This document shows, piece after piece, positions 42,185-53,014 of a stretch of DNA of 64,000 bases; position 1 is the stretch's first letter; each line of letters opens with the position of its first letter. Made by a program: the position numbers and the translations under genes. Source of the DNA: Nitrospirota bacterium (GTDB lineage Bacteria > Nitrospirota > Nitrospiria > Nitrospirales > Nitrospiraceae); NCBI GenBank assembly GCA_963703955.1, contig CAVPGK010000011.1, positions 32,001 through 96,000 on the forward strand, given 5' to 3'. Under the pieces are notes generated by a model. The model did not search any database, had not been told where the DNA came from, and saw nothing but the letters and a program-made list of their open reading frames with translations.

Positions 42185-42796
42185 CTATTTCCATTCTACA
42201 CTCCGAATCATTTCCTTTAATTGTGCGAACGCCTTCGCTCTGTGACTGATACGATTCTTCTCGGCTGTAGTCAGTTGCGCCAATGTCTTCCCCAGGTCAG
42301 GGACAACGAACACCGGGTCGTATCCGAACCCATCTGTACCGGCCGGCAATTCAGCAATCACTCCATTAAGAATACCCCTTGCGACATCGACTTCTGGGGT
42401 TGATGGCCTGGCGACCGCGGTCACCGTCGTGAAGCGCGCGGTTCGCCGAGCGGCCGGCACTCCTTCTAGCTCACGAAGCAATTTACGCCAATTGTCTTCA
42501 TAGCTTGCCTGCTCGCCCGCATAACGCGCGGCGTAGATTCCTGGACGTCCGCCGAGCGCATCTACAGCCAACTCGGTGTCATCGGCTACCGTCGGTAGTC
42601 CCGTGTAGTCGGCAATGGTTACGGCCTTCTTCACGGCATTGGCCTCACAAGTATTACCATCTTCGATCACCCTCGGAGCATTCGGAAATTCTGCCAATGT
42701 CCGGACCTTGATCCCAAGGTCGCTCAGAAGAGCCGCAATCTCGGTACCCTTATGAACATTTCGCGTGGCCAACACGATTTCCTTGATCAGCGGCAT
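42185..42796 (-). CDS. rdgB: non-canonical purine NTP pyrophosphatase (Ham1/RdgB)
   Basis: LATRNVHK, PGIYAARYAG, GFGYDPVF and KNRISHRAKA motifs; follows rph. Confidence 0.92.
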   Translation of the reverse strand: MPLIKEIVLATRNVHKGTEIAALLSDLGIKVRTLAEFPNAPRVIEDGNTCEANAVKKAVTIADYTGLPTVADDTELAVDALGGRPGIYAARYAGEQASYEDNWRKLLRELEGVPAARRTARFTTVTAVARPSTPEVDVARGILNGVIAELPAGTDGFGYDPVFVVPDLGKTLAQLTTAEKNRISHRAKAFAQLKEMIRSVEWK

Positions 42797-42908
42797 GCCG
42801 TTACCCAACACCACAAAAGAGGAACCACCTTATTTTTTAAAGCACGCATGCGCCGGGCACGTTCCAACTGCGTGAGCGCAGCCAGCGGTCCGCCCTCTTC
42901 ATTCCTCC

Positions 42909-43652
42909 TCACTCAAGACTCCCAATTAAATCCTTTTGCAGGGCGATTAGATTTTGGATGGCCTCCCAACCCAGCCCCAAAAACTCTTCCAGATCTTTTT
43001 TTTCAAACGGGACGTGTTCAGCCGTTCCCTGCACCTCTACAAATCTCCCTCGGCCTGTCATAACCAAATTCATGTCGACCTCGGCCAGAGAATCTTCTTC
43101 ATACGCCAAATCCACGATCACTTCTCCTCCGACCTTTCCCACACTTATGGCCGCAAGATAATCCGTGAGCGGCCGCTTCTTGATCAACTTCTTCTGCTTA
43201 AGGACGGTAAAGGCGTCTGCCAGGGCGACGAACGAGCCTGTGATTGAAGCCGTCCTGGTCCCTCCATCTGCTTGAATGACGTCACAATCGATCCAGATGG
43301 TGCGTTCCCCCATTTCAGCGGTATCGGTAACAGCTCGTAATGACCTTCCGACCAATCGTTGAATCTCAAGAGTACGGCCGCCCTGTTTTCCTTTGACGGC
43401 CTCGCGTTGCGTGCGATCGTGAGTTGCACGCGGCAGCATGGCATATTCGGCTGTCACCCACCCACGCCCCTTATCTTTCAGAAATGGCGGAACTTTTTCT
43501 TCGACTGAAGCGGTGCAAATGACTTTTGTCCCTCCCATTTCGATGAGTACTGAGCCTTCGGCATACTTGATGAAATCCCGAGTGATCTTCAGCGGCCTGA
43601 TCTGATCCCTACGGCGCCCATCTCCGCGCACAAGAGGCGCACCACGATTCAT
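42909..43652 (-). CDS. rph: ribonuclease PH
   Basis: [53 protein letters not shown] and EVQGTAE motifs. Confidence 0.97.
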   Translation of the reverse strand: MNRGAPLVRGDGRRRDQIRPLKITRDFIKYAEGSVLIEMGGTKVICTASVEEKVPPFLKDKGRGWVTAEYAMLPRATHDRTQREAVKGKQGGRTLEIQRLVGRSLRAVTDTAEMGERTIWIDCDVIQADGGTRTASITGSFVALADAFTVLKQKKLIKKRPLTDYLAAISVGKVGGEVIVDLAYEEDSLAEVDMNLVMTGRGRFVEVQGTAEHVPFEKKDLEEFLGLGWEAIQNLIALQKDLIGSLE

Positions 43653-43708
43653 GAAAATCTCCTCTGTGATCAGGAAATTTGGCATTATAGAGAAGGGAGA
43701 GGGAAAGA

Positions 43709-43873
43709 TCAATTCAATGAGGGTGGGCGGGATGACTCTTGGTCCTCTCCCGAGTCTCCCGTGCCACGTTGCCGGCGTTGATGGCCTAGATACATACGTA
43801 CTAACAGCAATCCAATAATAAGAGCGCCGACCGCAACAACGAATACGTTTTCATAGGGGAATAGATAAGGCAT
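43709..43873 (-). CDS. small single-pass membrane protein
   Basis: GGAG RBS; 54 aa with one TM segment and a basic tail. Confidence 0.5.
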   Translation of the reverse strand: MPYLFPYENVFVVAVGALIIGLLLVRMYLGHQRRQRGTGDSGEDQESSRPPSLN

Positions 43874-44189
43874 GCCGCACTCCATGGACCCGACCGTCTG
43901 AAGATTATAGGGTCTGGAGATTATGGGATGCCACTCCAGGATGACTTGCATTTTGAATACAGCCAATCGATTATTGGACCACCGCCGCACAAATTTGTAC
44001 GCAAGTCTAGTCTGTGATCAGGCTGGGGATCCTAGTCGACAAGAAAAAAAACTTCTTTGTCCACAGCAAGTTGCGAGCTCTTCTTGGGAAACTGATCAAG
44101 AAAAATCGAGTCGGTACAAAAATTGCCCACACAACCTCTTCTTCGGTTGACACATCAGCAAAAATCATCGATGTTAGAGTGGCCCGCCT

Positions 44190-45266
44190 ATGGAAAACAC
44201 CAACATTCTCATTGTCGATGATGAACTTCCGATCCAACGGATGTTGGGCCGGTTGCTCGAGCAGTACGGGTACTCCTGCACACTCGCCTGTAACCCCAAG
44301 GAAGCCCGCCTTCGCCTGGATGAAAAGGAGTTCGCCCTCATCCTGTGCGACGTCAACATGCCGGGCGAGTCCGGGCTTGACTTGGTCAAGCATGTCCTCC
44401 AGGAATACCCGCATACTGCCGCTGTGATGGTCACCGGTCTCGACAATCCCCAACTCGCCGGTACCGCACTTGAAATCGGCGCCTATGGGTACGTCCTCAA
44501 GCCCTTTGAATCCAATGAAATCCTGATCAACGTCGCCAACGCCTTGCGGCGGCGACGCCTTGAGATTGAAAACAAGGCTCACCGGGAGAAATTGGAACTG
44601 ACGGTCCTCGAACGCACCGCAGCCCTTCGGCACGCAATCGACAGTCTGGAGCGCGCTGAAAAGGAACTGCGGTTGTCACGAGAAGAAACCATCCAGCGCC
44701 TGGCAATCGCAGCCGAATATCGGGATGGAGCCACGGCTCAGCATATTCAGAGGATGAGCCACTATTGCAGTCTGCTGGCTCGCCGGTACGGCTTGGATTC
44801 GCATCAGTGCGAACTCATTCGTATTGCCAGCCCCATGCACGACATCGGAAAGATCGGCACACCGGACCATATTTTGCTGAAACCGGGCAAATTCACACCG
44901 GATGAATTTAAAGCCATCGCCCTTCATCCAGAAATCGGTTACCGTATCCTGTCAGGCTCAGGCGCCGAATTGCTTAAGCTCGCCGCGACGATTGCCTGGA
45001 CCCACCACGAAAAGTTCGATGGCAGCGGCTACCCGCGGGGACTGTGCGGTGAAGTCATCCCTCTGGAAGGTCGGATTGCTGCCATTGCCGATACGTTCGA
45101 TGCCTTGACAAGCAAGCGCGTCTATAAACCCGCCTTCCCCATTGACCAGGCCATCGACATCATGCACAAACGTCGGGGCAAGGACTTTGACCCCGATTTA
45201 CTGGATATATTTCTCAACGAAATGGACGAAGTACTGACGATTCGCAACCAATATTCGGATGCGTAA
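44190..45266 (+). CDS. response regulator with HD-GYP c-di-GMP phosphodiesterase domain (RpfG-like)
   Basis: ILIVDDE, CDVNMPG and KPF receiver motifs; HDIGKIG and HHEKFDGSGYP. Confidence 0.93.
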   Translation: MENTNILIVDDELPIQRMLGRLLEQYGYSCTLACNPKEARLRLDEKEFALILCDVNMPGESGLDLVKHVLQEYPHTAAVMVTGLDNPQLAGTALEIGAYGYVLKPFESNEILINVANALRRRRLEIENKAHREKLELTVLERTAALRHAIDSLERAEKELRLSREETIQRLAIAAEYRDGATAQHIQRMSHYCSLLARRYGLDSHQCELIRIASPMHDIGKIGTPDHILLKPGKFTPDEFKAIALHPEIGYRILSGSGAELLKLAATIAWTHHEKFDGSGYPRGLCGEVIPLEGRIAAIADTFDALTSKRVYKPAFPIDQAIDIMHKRRGKDFDPDLLDIFLNEMDEVLTIRNQYSDA

Positions 45267-45290
45267 AGTGTCATGCGTTCAAGATTACAT

Positions 45291-45320
45291 TTGACAATCG
45301 AGAGGGAGTGCGGTTACAGT
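45291..45320 (+). promoter_or_regulatory. sigma70-type promoter candidate
   Basis: TTGACA-18 nt-TACAGT. Confidence 0.5.
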
Positions 45321-45440
45321 AATGGCCGCGCATGCCGGTGAGTCCTCAGGTATTCCTGCCAGGTACTGCATCCGGTTTACTCACATCAGGTTGGTACCTC
45401 GAGCCCAGTCCGTCGACTGTCACGTTTAGAGCAAAAAGGG

Positions 45441-45935
45441 GTGTATAGGATGAGCACGTCAAGCGTCACACGTAACTGGATTGCATATATCACCGAAGCG
45501 TTGGTCACTTCCGGAGCCATGCCGGCATGGGAAGCGACTGAATATCTCATCAAGAATCTATTCAGCGAGTCACCAAACCCACGGCTCCACGAGACCAAGG
45601 CCCCCTACGAAGCCATCTATCAGTTTCTCCATCGGATCTACAGCCCGCTCGTTGAAGCCGCCACACGGTCAGTGGACCTCCCGCTCTCTTCAATGATCCA
45701 CATTTTCACCGACATCAGCCTAATCAGTAATTCGGCAGTCTTGGTGGTGTACTTCCCCGGCGAAAATCAACCTCATCAACTCCTGTTGCTGGACTCCACA
45801 AGGGCCTGGGACCTCGTCTTTTCGGACGCCGAGGCATTTAACAAGTGGGCTGAAGAGCGCTATCGGTGGGTGGTCGACGCGTTGAAATCCACCGGGGTCG
45901 GAGTGCCTGCACCATCTCTTGTCGCCGGCATCTAA
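45441..45935 (+). CDS. hypothetical protein
   Basis: 164-aa ORF in an otherwise empty interval; start may be ATG at 45450. Confidence 0.7.
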   Translation: MYRMSTSSVTRNWIAYITEALVTSGAMPAWEATEYLIKNLFSESPNPRLHETKAPYEAIYQFLHRIYSPLVEAATRSVDLPLSSMIHIFTDISLISNSAVLVVYFPGENQPHQLLLLDSTRAWDLVFSDAEAFNKWAEERYRWVVDALKSTGVGVPAPSLVAGI

Positions 45936-46000
45936 TTGTTAGGCTTCTGGATCTGAGCGGTAGGATCTGATTTCGAGGTGTTCTGCTGACTCAAGGTGAT

Positions 46001-46036
46001 GGGTCCCCCCAGGAGCAGATCTGCTCCTGGGGACCC
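46001..46036. terminator. strong palindrome between convergent genes
   Basis: CCCCAGGAGCAGATCTGCTCCTGGGG perfect 26-bp palindrome. Confidence 0.55.
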
Positions 46037-46057
46037 TCCTCTTCCTCTAGCCTGCGC

Positions 46058-49000
46058 TCAGTCCGGCTCATAGTTCAAGTTTGGCGCCAGCCACCGCTCG
46101 ATGGTGCGAAGATCCATCTGCTTTCGCAATTGGTAATCAACCGTTTGATCGCGCCCGATTTTACCCACCGCAAAATATCTCGATTCGGGATGTGCGAAAT
46201 ACCACCCGCTCACGGAGCTTGCGGGATACATCGCAAAGCTCTCGGTCAAGTGGATGCTCGTATGTTTCTCGACCTCCAATAGATTGAAGAGCAACCGTTT
46301 CTCCGTGTGGTCCGGACATGCCGGGTACCCTGGCGCGGGACGAATACCGCGGTACCGTTCGCGAATGAGATCGTCATAGCTTAACTGCTCCTGAGCACCA
46401 TATCCCCAGTCCTCGCGCGCTCGTTTGTGTAGAAATTCTGCGAACGCTTCCACCAGACGATCCGCCAACGCTTTAGCCATAATGGAATTGTAATCATCAT
46501 GATCCTTTTCGAATCGCTCACACAAGGCCTCAATCCCAACGCCCGCTGTCACGGCAAACCCTCCCAGATGATCAGCCAGCCCTGTTGAACGAGGCGCAAC
46601 AAAATCGGCCAACGCCTGATTGAACTGACCGGCTGGCTTTTCCATTTGCTGACGCAGAGTATGAAACGTGGTCAGAACTTTCGTCCGGGATTCGTCGGCG
46701 TACACTTCAATATCATCGCCCACGCTATTGGCCGGATAGAACCCGTATACGCCTCGGGCCGTCAGCGACCCGTGGCCCACAATACCCTGTAACAGCTCTT
46801 GGCGCATCTGCAAAAAGTTCTCTAGCCTTTTCGCCGATGGCAGAGTCTTCAAGAATACTGGGATATCGACCCCGCAGTTCCCACGCATGAAAGAACGGGG
46901 TCCAGTCAATGAAGGGGACAAGCTGGTCGAGCGGAACCCTGTCAAGAACACGCACGCCGATGAATGCGGGCCGAGGAAGATCTCCGGCTTTCCAATCTAT
47001 CGGCGTCTTCCGCTCGCGCGCCTGAGCCAAGGTCAACAGTGTTTTTGGCCCGCGATCCCGGTGCACCTGCCGTACGTGATCCTGATCGAGACGATTTTTT
47101 TCCGTGAATGCAGGCTTCAACTCAGGGTTAATCAGGTGGCTCACGACCCCGACCGCCCGCGATGCATCCAAGACATGAATCACCGGTTGGGCGTAGGCAG
47201 GAGCGATTTTAACGGCCGTATGGGCCTTGCTCGTCGTCGCGCCGCCGATCAGGAGAGGGACCTGAAATGCCTTCGCGCTTCATCTCGCGCGCCACATGCA
47301 CCATCTCGTCCAGTGACGGCGTGATCAGGCCGCTGAGGCCGATCATATCCACCTTCTTCTCGCGCGCGCGGTTTCAAGAATCTTCTCGCACGGCACCATG
47401 ACGCCGAGATCAATGACTTCATAGTTGTTGCACCCCAGCACCACGCCCACGATGTTTTTGCCGATATCATGGACATCTCCCTTGACCGTGGCCAATAGGA
47501 TTCGTCCCTGGGCCTTGTGCTGGTCGGACGCCTGCTTCTCCGCCTCCATAAAGGGCAGCAGATAGGCCACGGCTTTTTTCATCACGCGCGCGCTCTTCAC
47601 GACCTGCGGCAGAAACATCTTCCCCGAGCCGAACAGATCGCCCGACCACGTTCATGCCGGCCATCAACGGACCTTCGATAATCGTGCAGCGGCTCTGGTA
47701 TCGTTGTGCGGGCCTCTTCCACATCCGCTTCGATGTAATCCACGATGCCTTTGACCAGCGCATGTGACAGACGCTCTTCGACAGAGCCACTGCGCCAGGC
47801 ATCTTCCTGATCAACGGCCTTGTCCTTGCGCTTTGACGGTTTCGGCAAACGTCAACCAGCCGTTCGGTTGCATCGGGGCGACGATTCAGCAGCACATCCT
47901 CGACGCAGTTCAAGCAGGTCTTTGGGAATCTCTTCGTAGACCGCCAGTTGACCGGCATTGACGATCCCCATGTCCAGCCCGGCTTGGATGGCATGGTAGA
48001 GAAAGGCCGAGTGCATGGCCTCGCGCACGACGTTGTTTCCGCGAAACGAGAACGAGATGTTGCTGACCCCGCCGCTGACTTTGCAGTGCGGCAAGCTTGC
48101 TTTGATCCGGCGCGTCGCCTCGATGAAATTCGACGGCGTAGTTATTGTGCTCCTCCATCCCGGTGGCCACGGTCAGGATATTGGGATCGAAGATAATGTC
48201 CTGCGGGGCAAACCCGACCTCCTCGAGTCAAGAATCCGATAGGCGCGGGTGCAGATCTCGATCTTGCGTTCTATCGTGTCGGCCTGCCCTGCTTCGTCAA
48301 ACGCCATGACGACGACCGCCGCGCCATATCGCCTGATCAGTCGCGCGTGATTCACGAAACGCTTCTTCGCCCTCCTTCAGGCTGATGGAGTTGACGACGG
48401 GCTTGCCCTGAACGCATTTCAATCCCGCTTCAATCACCGACCACTTCGAGCTGTCGATCATGATCGGCACGCGCGCAATGTCCGGCTCGGACGCGATCAG
48501 ATTTAAGAAACGTCGCCATCGCCTCCGCAGAATCCAGCATGCCTTCGTCCATGTTCACGTCGATGATCTGCGCACCGCCCTCGACCTGCTGTCGCGCAAT
48601 GGCCAATGCCGCTTCAAAATCACCGCTCAGGATCAGCTTGGAGAACTTCGGCGATCCCGTGACATTCGTGCGCTCGCCGACGTTGACGAAGTTTGAGTTT
48701 GGACGAATCGTCAAGGGCTCCAGACCGCTTAGCCGGGTATAGGGTTCAGGACAAGACCGCACGCGGGGTCGGAGTCCCGCACCACCTTCGCGATGGCCTG
48801 GATATGCGCCGGCGTCGTCCCGCAACACCCGCCGACGATGTTCAACCACCCGTTTGTCCGCGAAATCTTGGAGGTCCGCCGCCATAATGTCGGGCGTTTC
48901 GTCGAAGCCGCCGAAAGGGTTGGGCAATCCCGCATTGGGATAGCAGCTGATATAGACGGGTGCAATCTGCGCCAGTTCTTCGATGTACGGGCGCATCTGT

Positions 49001-49767
49001 TTCGCCCCGAGCGCGCAGTTGATCCCCACGCTTAACAGAGGTGCATGCGAAATGGAATTCCAGAAGGCTTCGATGGTCTGTCCCGACAGGGTCCGGCCGC
49101 TTCGGTCGGTGATCGTGACAGACACCATCACTGGGACACGCCGGCCGTGCGTATGAAAATAGTCCTCGATGGCGAACAGCGCCGCTTTAAGGTTCAGAGT
49201 GTCGAAGACGGTTTCAGTCAATAAGAGATCGACGTCTCCATCCATCAGCCCACGGACCTGTTCGGAATACGCTGCCACCAACTGGTCGTAGGTCACCGCC
49301 CGAAAGGCCGGATTGTTGACATCGGGCGACATGGAGGCCGTACGATTCGTCGGTCCGATGGCCCCGGCCACGAAACAAAAGCGCGTTGGATCTTTGGCCT
49401 GTACTGCTTCGACCGCCCGGCGGGCAACGGTCGCTCCAGCGAGATTGAGGTTGTAGACCTGATCCTCCAACTTGTAATCGGCCATCGAGATAGACGTGGA
49501 ATTAAATGTATTGGTTTCAATGATGTCGGCCCCCGCCTCAAGAAATTGGCGATGGATCTGCTCGATCAGATCCGGCCGGGTGAGGCAGAGGAGATCGTTA
49601 CAGCCTTTGAGATCGCTGGGATGATTGGCGAATTGCTTCCCGCGGTATCCGGACTCATCCAGACGATGGCTCTGGATCATGGTCCCCATCGCCCCATCGA
49701 TGATTGCGATACGCTCGGACAATATCCGCTCTAAGTGATCGACATCCTTGTCCATTTTTCTATCCAT
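46058..49767 (-). CDS. metH: B12-dependent methionine synthase (broken into about ten fragments by indels)
   Basis: [80 protein letters not shown]. Confidence 0.95.
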
Positions 49768-49851
49768 AGATTAGATACCATCGGCCTGGTGACTATACTG
49801 GATCGATTGCCGACCTCGCAAGGTAAGCCATTCAGAGCCGGCCGCGCTGTC

Positions 49852-49880
49852 TTGACATTACTTTGACCCGCCGATACGAT
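49852..49880 (+). promoter_or_regulatory. sigma70-type promoter candidate
   Basis: TTGACA-17 nt-TACGAT. Confidence 0.55.
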
Positions 49881-50690
49881 GCTTGCACAGTGTTGGATCA
49901 ACGATTGAGACATGTTCCTTCCTCTTTCATTATCCCATACCTTTTCTCGAGCGTTCTCCTTCACGCTTACATTTTTGTCCCGACCTGGGCCGTCGCTGAA
50001 CCCTACTTTGAAGATGGATTTATCGGGTTGGCGCAAAGCGAGTTGCGCGAAAAACTCGGGCCGCCCCAGGCGGTTCGCGACCGTAAGGCCGCGTTGCGCG
50101 TATTCAATTACTATTCATTTAATGACTGGGAAGCGTATTACAAGAAGCTGGTCGCTCCTCAGAATGGAGAGGATGTCTACAAGTATAAACGAGATGGGAT
50201 TGATATACGGTATTCATTCGGCTATGCACTTGATCCAAATGACTCGAGCGAGTCGCCCACGCTTCACGTCAAACTGGTTGACATTGAGTTCTCGCCATCC
50301 GTGCCCTTGGAGCGAATTCCGGCCATTGTCCCGGAGTTCCGCCCGCCGGCGGAGCCGACCGCCCCGGCCTTTCGGTCGAACATTTGGGTCCTTGTATTTA
50401 AGGGGCCGCCATCACCCAATGCGCGGGAAATTGTACTGGAGCGGGGCAGAGAGAATCTGGACTGGTCGCTGGCGTATCAAATGTTTTCAATGCAAGGGCT
50501 ACCTGAGTTTTTGACGGCCAGAGTGCCGATTGATCGAATGGAGATCAGCGCCCAGAGTATTCAACTGATTCGGGAACGCCAGCGTTTGACGCATGAGCCT
50601 ATCATGAATCCATTTTCCTTGGAATTCGCCCAGCGCCCGTCCCCTGCGCCGACGACTAAGAAAATTCCCGTGCCGAAATACGCCGACTAG
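49863..50690 (+). CDS. exported hypothetical protein (true start probably slightly downstream)
   Basis: Long ORF with a hydrophobic N-terminal segment. Confidence 0.75.
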   Translation: MTRRYDACTVLDQRLRHVPSSFIIPYLFSSVLLHAYIFVPTWAVAEPYFEDGFIGLAQSELREKLGPPQAVRDRKAALRVFNYYSFNDWEAYYKKLVAPQNGEDVYKYKRDGIDIRYSFGYALDPNDSSESPTLHVKLVDIEFSPSVPLERIPAIVPEFRPPAEPTAPAFRSNIWVLVFKGPPSPNAREIVLERGRENLDWSLAYQMFSMQGLPEFLTARVPIDRMEISAQSIQLIRERQRLTHEPIMNPFSLEFAQRPSPAPTTKKIPVPKYAD

Positions 50691-50801
50691 CGCCGATCCG
50701 ACTTTTTTCACTTCGCCTCCATTCACTTTGTCCTGGCGGAGCGCGTTTCTGTCGAGAATCTTGGCGAATAGTCGCCTGGCTCTAGCCGCACGAGCACGGA
50801 T

Positions 50802-51161
50802 CTATCCATCGTCGTATCTGATATCTGTCGAATCCCCCAGAGAGAGATAGGGCTCGCCCCATTGATTTGGGCTCTCTATGTCCCAATCTTCCGCCAGTGA
50901 GACAGGCTTTAGACGAATTCCCCAGATGCCACCATAGACCAGGTGAGTTAGGCCGGCTCCGGAATCCTCGACGAGTTGAGCAAGGGCTGGACAGCACGGA
51001 TTCTCGGGATCGTCACTCCATCCTGTCACCCAACACCATTCGCCTTGTGCGCTGCGCTCATGACTCTTGACTTGAATGATCTGCCGAGCCGGTCCGATCT
51101 CGTGAAACCGAGCGAAGACTCCCTGCTCACAATTCGAATTGCTTTCAACTTCAACCAGCAT
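50802..51161 (-). CDS. hypothetical protein
   Basis: 119-aa acidic, Trp-rich ORF. Confidence 0.7.
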   Translation of the reverse strand: MLVEVESNSNCEQGVFARFHEIGPARQIIQVKSHERSAQGEWCWVTGWSDDPENPCCPALAQLVEDSGAGLTHLVYGGIWGIRLKPVSLAEDWDIESPNQWGEPYLSLGDSTDIRYDDG

Positions 51162-51329
51162 CGGATCTCAGCCTTGCTTTCGGACCAAGAAAACGGTATC
51201 TCCCTTCATTCTATCTCTCAGAGAGGTAGGTTCCGTCACGCAAGCGTAAAAGGGCAGTTCAGGCTTTCCCTCTCTTCCCCTTCTTGACTGCGGCGTTACG
51301 CCGCTGCTAGAGTAATTGCCCTCAACCCA

Positions 51330-51848
51330 ATGGCACCACAAAGTCCGACACAGAACACTCCCCCACATGCGGGTCTTGCGTCCATTGGGGTCACCCCTGA
51401 CACGTCCGCGGATTCGGACAATATCTTTCAGCCCGCACCGAAGCCCTTTTTGTGTCGCCGCCCGGTTCGCATTGGGATCTATATTTTTCTCGCCCTCGTG
51501 CTCCTGTTCATGATTGGTTGGCGATACATTCCTGGATGGCTGGACCCCACGTTTGAGAAACACATCGCTGAGAAACGGGTGATGGTCGGGATGAGCCGTC
51601 AGCAGGTGCTAAAGGCGTGGGGCTCGCCGTACACGATGAACGTCTCGCATACCAACGACGGGATTCGTCGCGAGGAGTGGATCTACGAAGACTGGGAAAG
51701 CCCGTCGGATGTGAAGCACCGGTATCTGTACTTTGAAGAGGGCACGCTCATCGGCGGCTGGTACTATTCTTCCGATCCCGGGAAGAAAGCTGCTCCGCCG
51801 AAACGCTCTTTTCACGACCCCAAGGCTCTCAAAGAGCTGGAAAATTAG
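51330..51848 (+). CDS. membrane-anchored protein with SmpA/BamE-like domain
   Basis: TM segment, then VGMSRQQV..AWGSP...EEWIY..YLYFEEG.L. Confidence 0.7.
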   Translation: MAPQSPTQNTPPHAGLASIGVTPDTSADSDNIFQPAPKPFLCRRPVRIGIYIFLALVLLFMIGWRYIPGWLDPTFEKHIAEKRVMVGMSRQQVLKAWGSPYTMNVSHTNDGIRREEWIYEDWESPSDVKHRYLYFEEGTLIGGWYYSSDPGKKAAPPKRSFHDPKALKELEN

Positions 51849-52078
51849 CGGTCGCGACGACGCGTATCCGCTATTGCACCCTTCAGAATCTCGCCTACCA
51901 AGGTTCGAGCTCGGTCAAGATCAGATTCATGGACCATGACGACGCAGGTTATGCCGCCGTACAAACTGCCGAAGTGCTCGTTCTGGACAAAGTAGGGGAT
52001 GTTGCTCCCATCCAGGAGGCTTTTCATTAACACCAGTTCCCCCGTGTCCTTCGGTTCAATCAGCTTGGCCAATCCCAT
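51845..52078 (-). CDS. DUF2007-like small protein
   Basis: KSLLDGSNIPYFVQNE and VMVHESDLDRAR pattern. Confidence 0.75.
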   Translation of the reverse strand: MGLAKLIEPKDTGELVLMKSLLDGSNIPYFVQNEHFGSLYGGITCVVMVHESDLDRARTLVGEILKGAIADTRRRDR

Positions 52079-52086
52079 ATGACCCT

Positions 52087-52530
52087 TTAGGGAACGGAGG
52101 ATTCGCTCATCTGCCGGTCAAGTTCATCGAAGAAGATTCGAATATTGCGGGCATTCTGACCGAAATCACCCCGCCCTACCCGGGAGGCCGACCGGACATG
52201 AACGATCGTTCTTTCCGACTGCTCTGCGATTCGGATCAGGACATCGTCCACAAACCGAAGAACCAAGGTCCTGGCTTCGGCACGAATCTCACCCTGCTCC
52301 TCCGTATACTTCACCAGCGACCATCGCGGCAAGCGGTTGACTACATGCAGAGCTGCGTCGAAGACCCGGGTCGTCGTCGCGCGATAGACGTGCGGGGTGA
52401 TATCGGAATATTCCGGTGTGCGTCCCGTCTCGACTACGTTGATCATCGGCCATTGCCGCAGCAACACTGCTGACACGCCGATGATGCCCAGCAACAAAAG
52501 GCCGAAGGCGGTCATGATCTTGCCACTCAA
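52087..52530 (-). CDS. DUF1499-like protein
   Basis: RFVDDV and VHVRSASRVGRGDFGQNARNI motifs. Confidence 0.85.
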   Translation of the reverse strand: MSGKIMTAFGLLLLGIIGVSAVLLRQWPMINVVETGRTPEYSDITPHVYRATTTRVFDAALHVVNRLPRWSLVKYTEEQGEIRAEARTLVLRFVDDVLIRIAEQSERTIVHVRSASRVGRGDFGQNARNIRIFFDELDRQMSESSVP

Positions 52531-52697
52531 GCGCGCACCCTTGTCATCTCTCGCAAGACTGGTATCATTCTACGGGGATGACGAAGAGTTCCGCAATCGA
52601 TGGGTCAGGCGCTGCGTTGATTTTCTTCCGAATGGTGCATACAGTGGGCGTCGCGTCCAGGACGGTTGAAGGCAGAGATTGGATCGAGAAGGGACGA

Positions 52698-52982
52698 TCA
52701 GGGAGTTTCGGTGATCTGGACCCGGCGCTCTTTCCCGGGACCTCCCGAAACCGTCAGGACCCGCTTCCACTCTCGCACCTGATAGATGGCCCACGCGTTC
52801 GGTTGCCCCTTGTACAGCGCGTCCGGATCCTCGCCGGATGCATTGAGGTGGATGGGTTCCGTAAACCCTTCGTCGAGGACATAGTCCAACAGGCAGTCCG
52901 TGGTGAAGCCCTTGCCTCGGAGAGAGATATCCGCGAGCAGATTCAAAATGTCCTCTGATTGCTGAATAGTAATGGGGTCCAT
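52698..52982 (-). CDS. hypothetical protein
   Basis: GGAGG RBS; 94-aa ORF. Confidence 0.7.
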   Translation of the reverse strand: MDPITIQQSEDILNLLADISLRGKGFTTDCLLDYVLDEGFTEPIHLNASGEDPDALYKGQPNAWAIYQVREWKRVLTVSGGPGKERRVQITETP

Positions 52983-53014
52983 GCAAAGCCTCCAACTTCG
53001 AGCGGATTGTATCG

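Noticed and set aside
42565..42590. RdgB motif DDTEL instead of DD(S/T)GL
   Set aside because: A single substitution that could be a base error; too weak to interpret.
46058..49767. metH as a true pseudogene
   Set aside because: All domains and motifs are present; the breaks look like indel noise.
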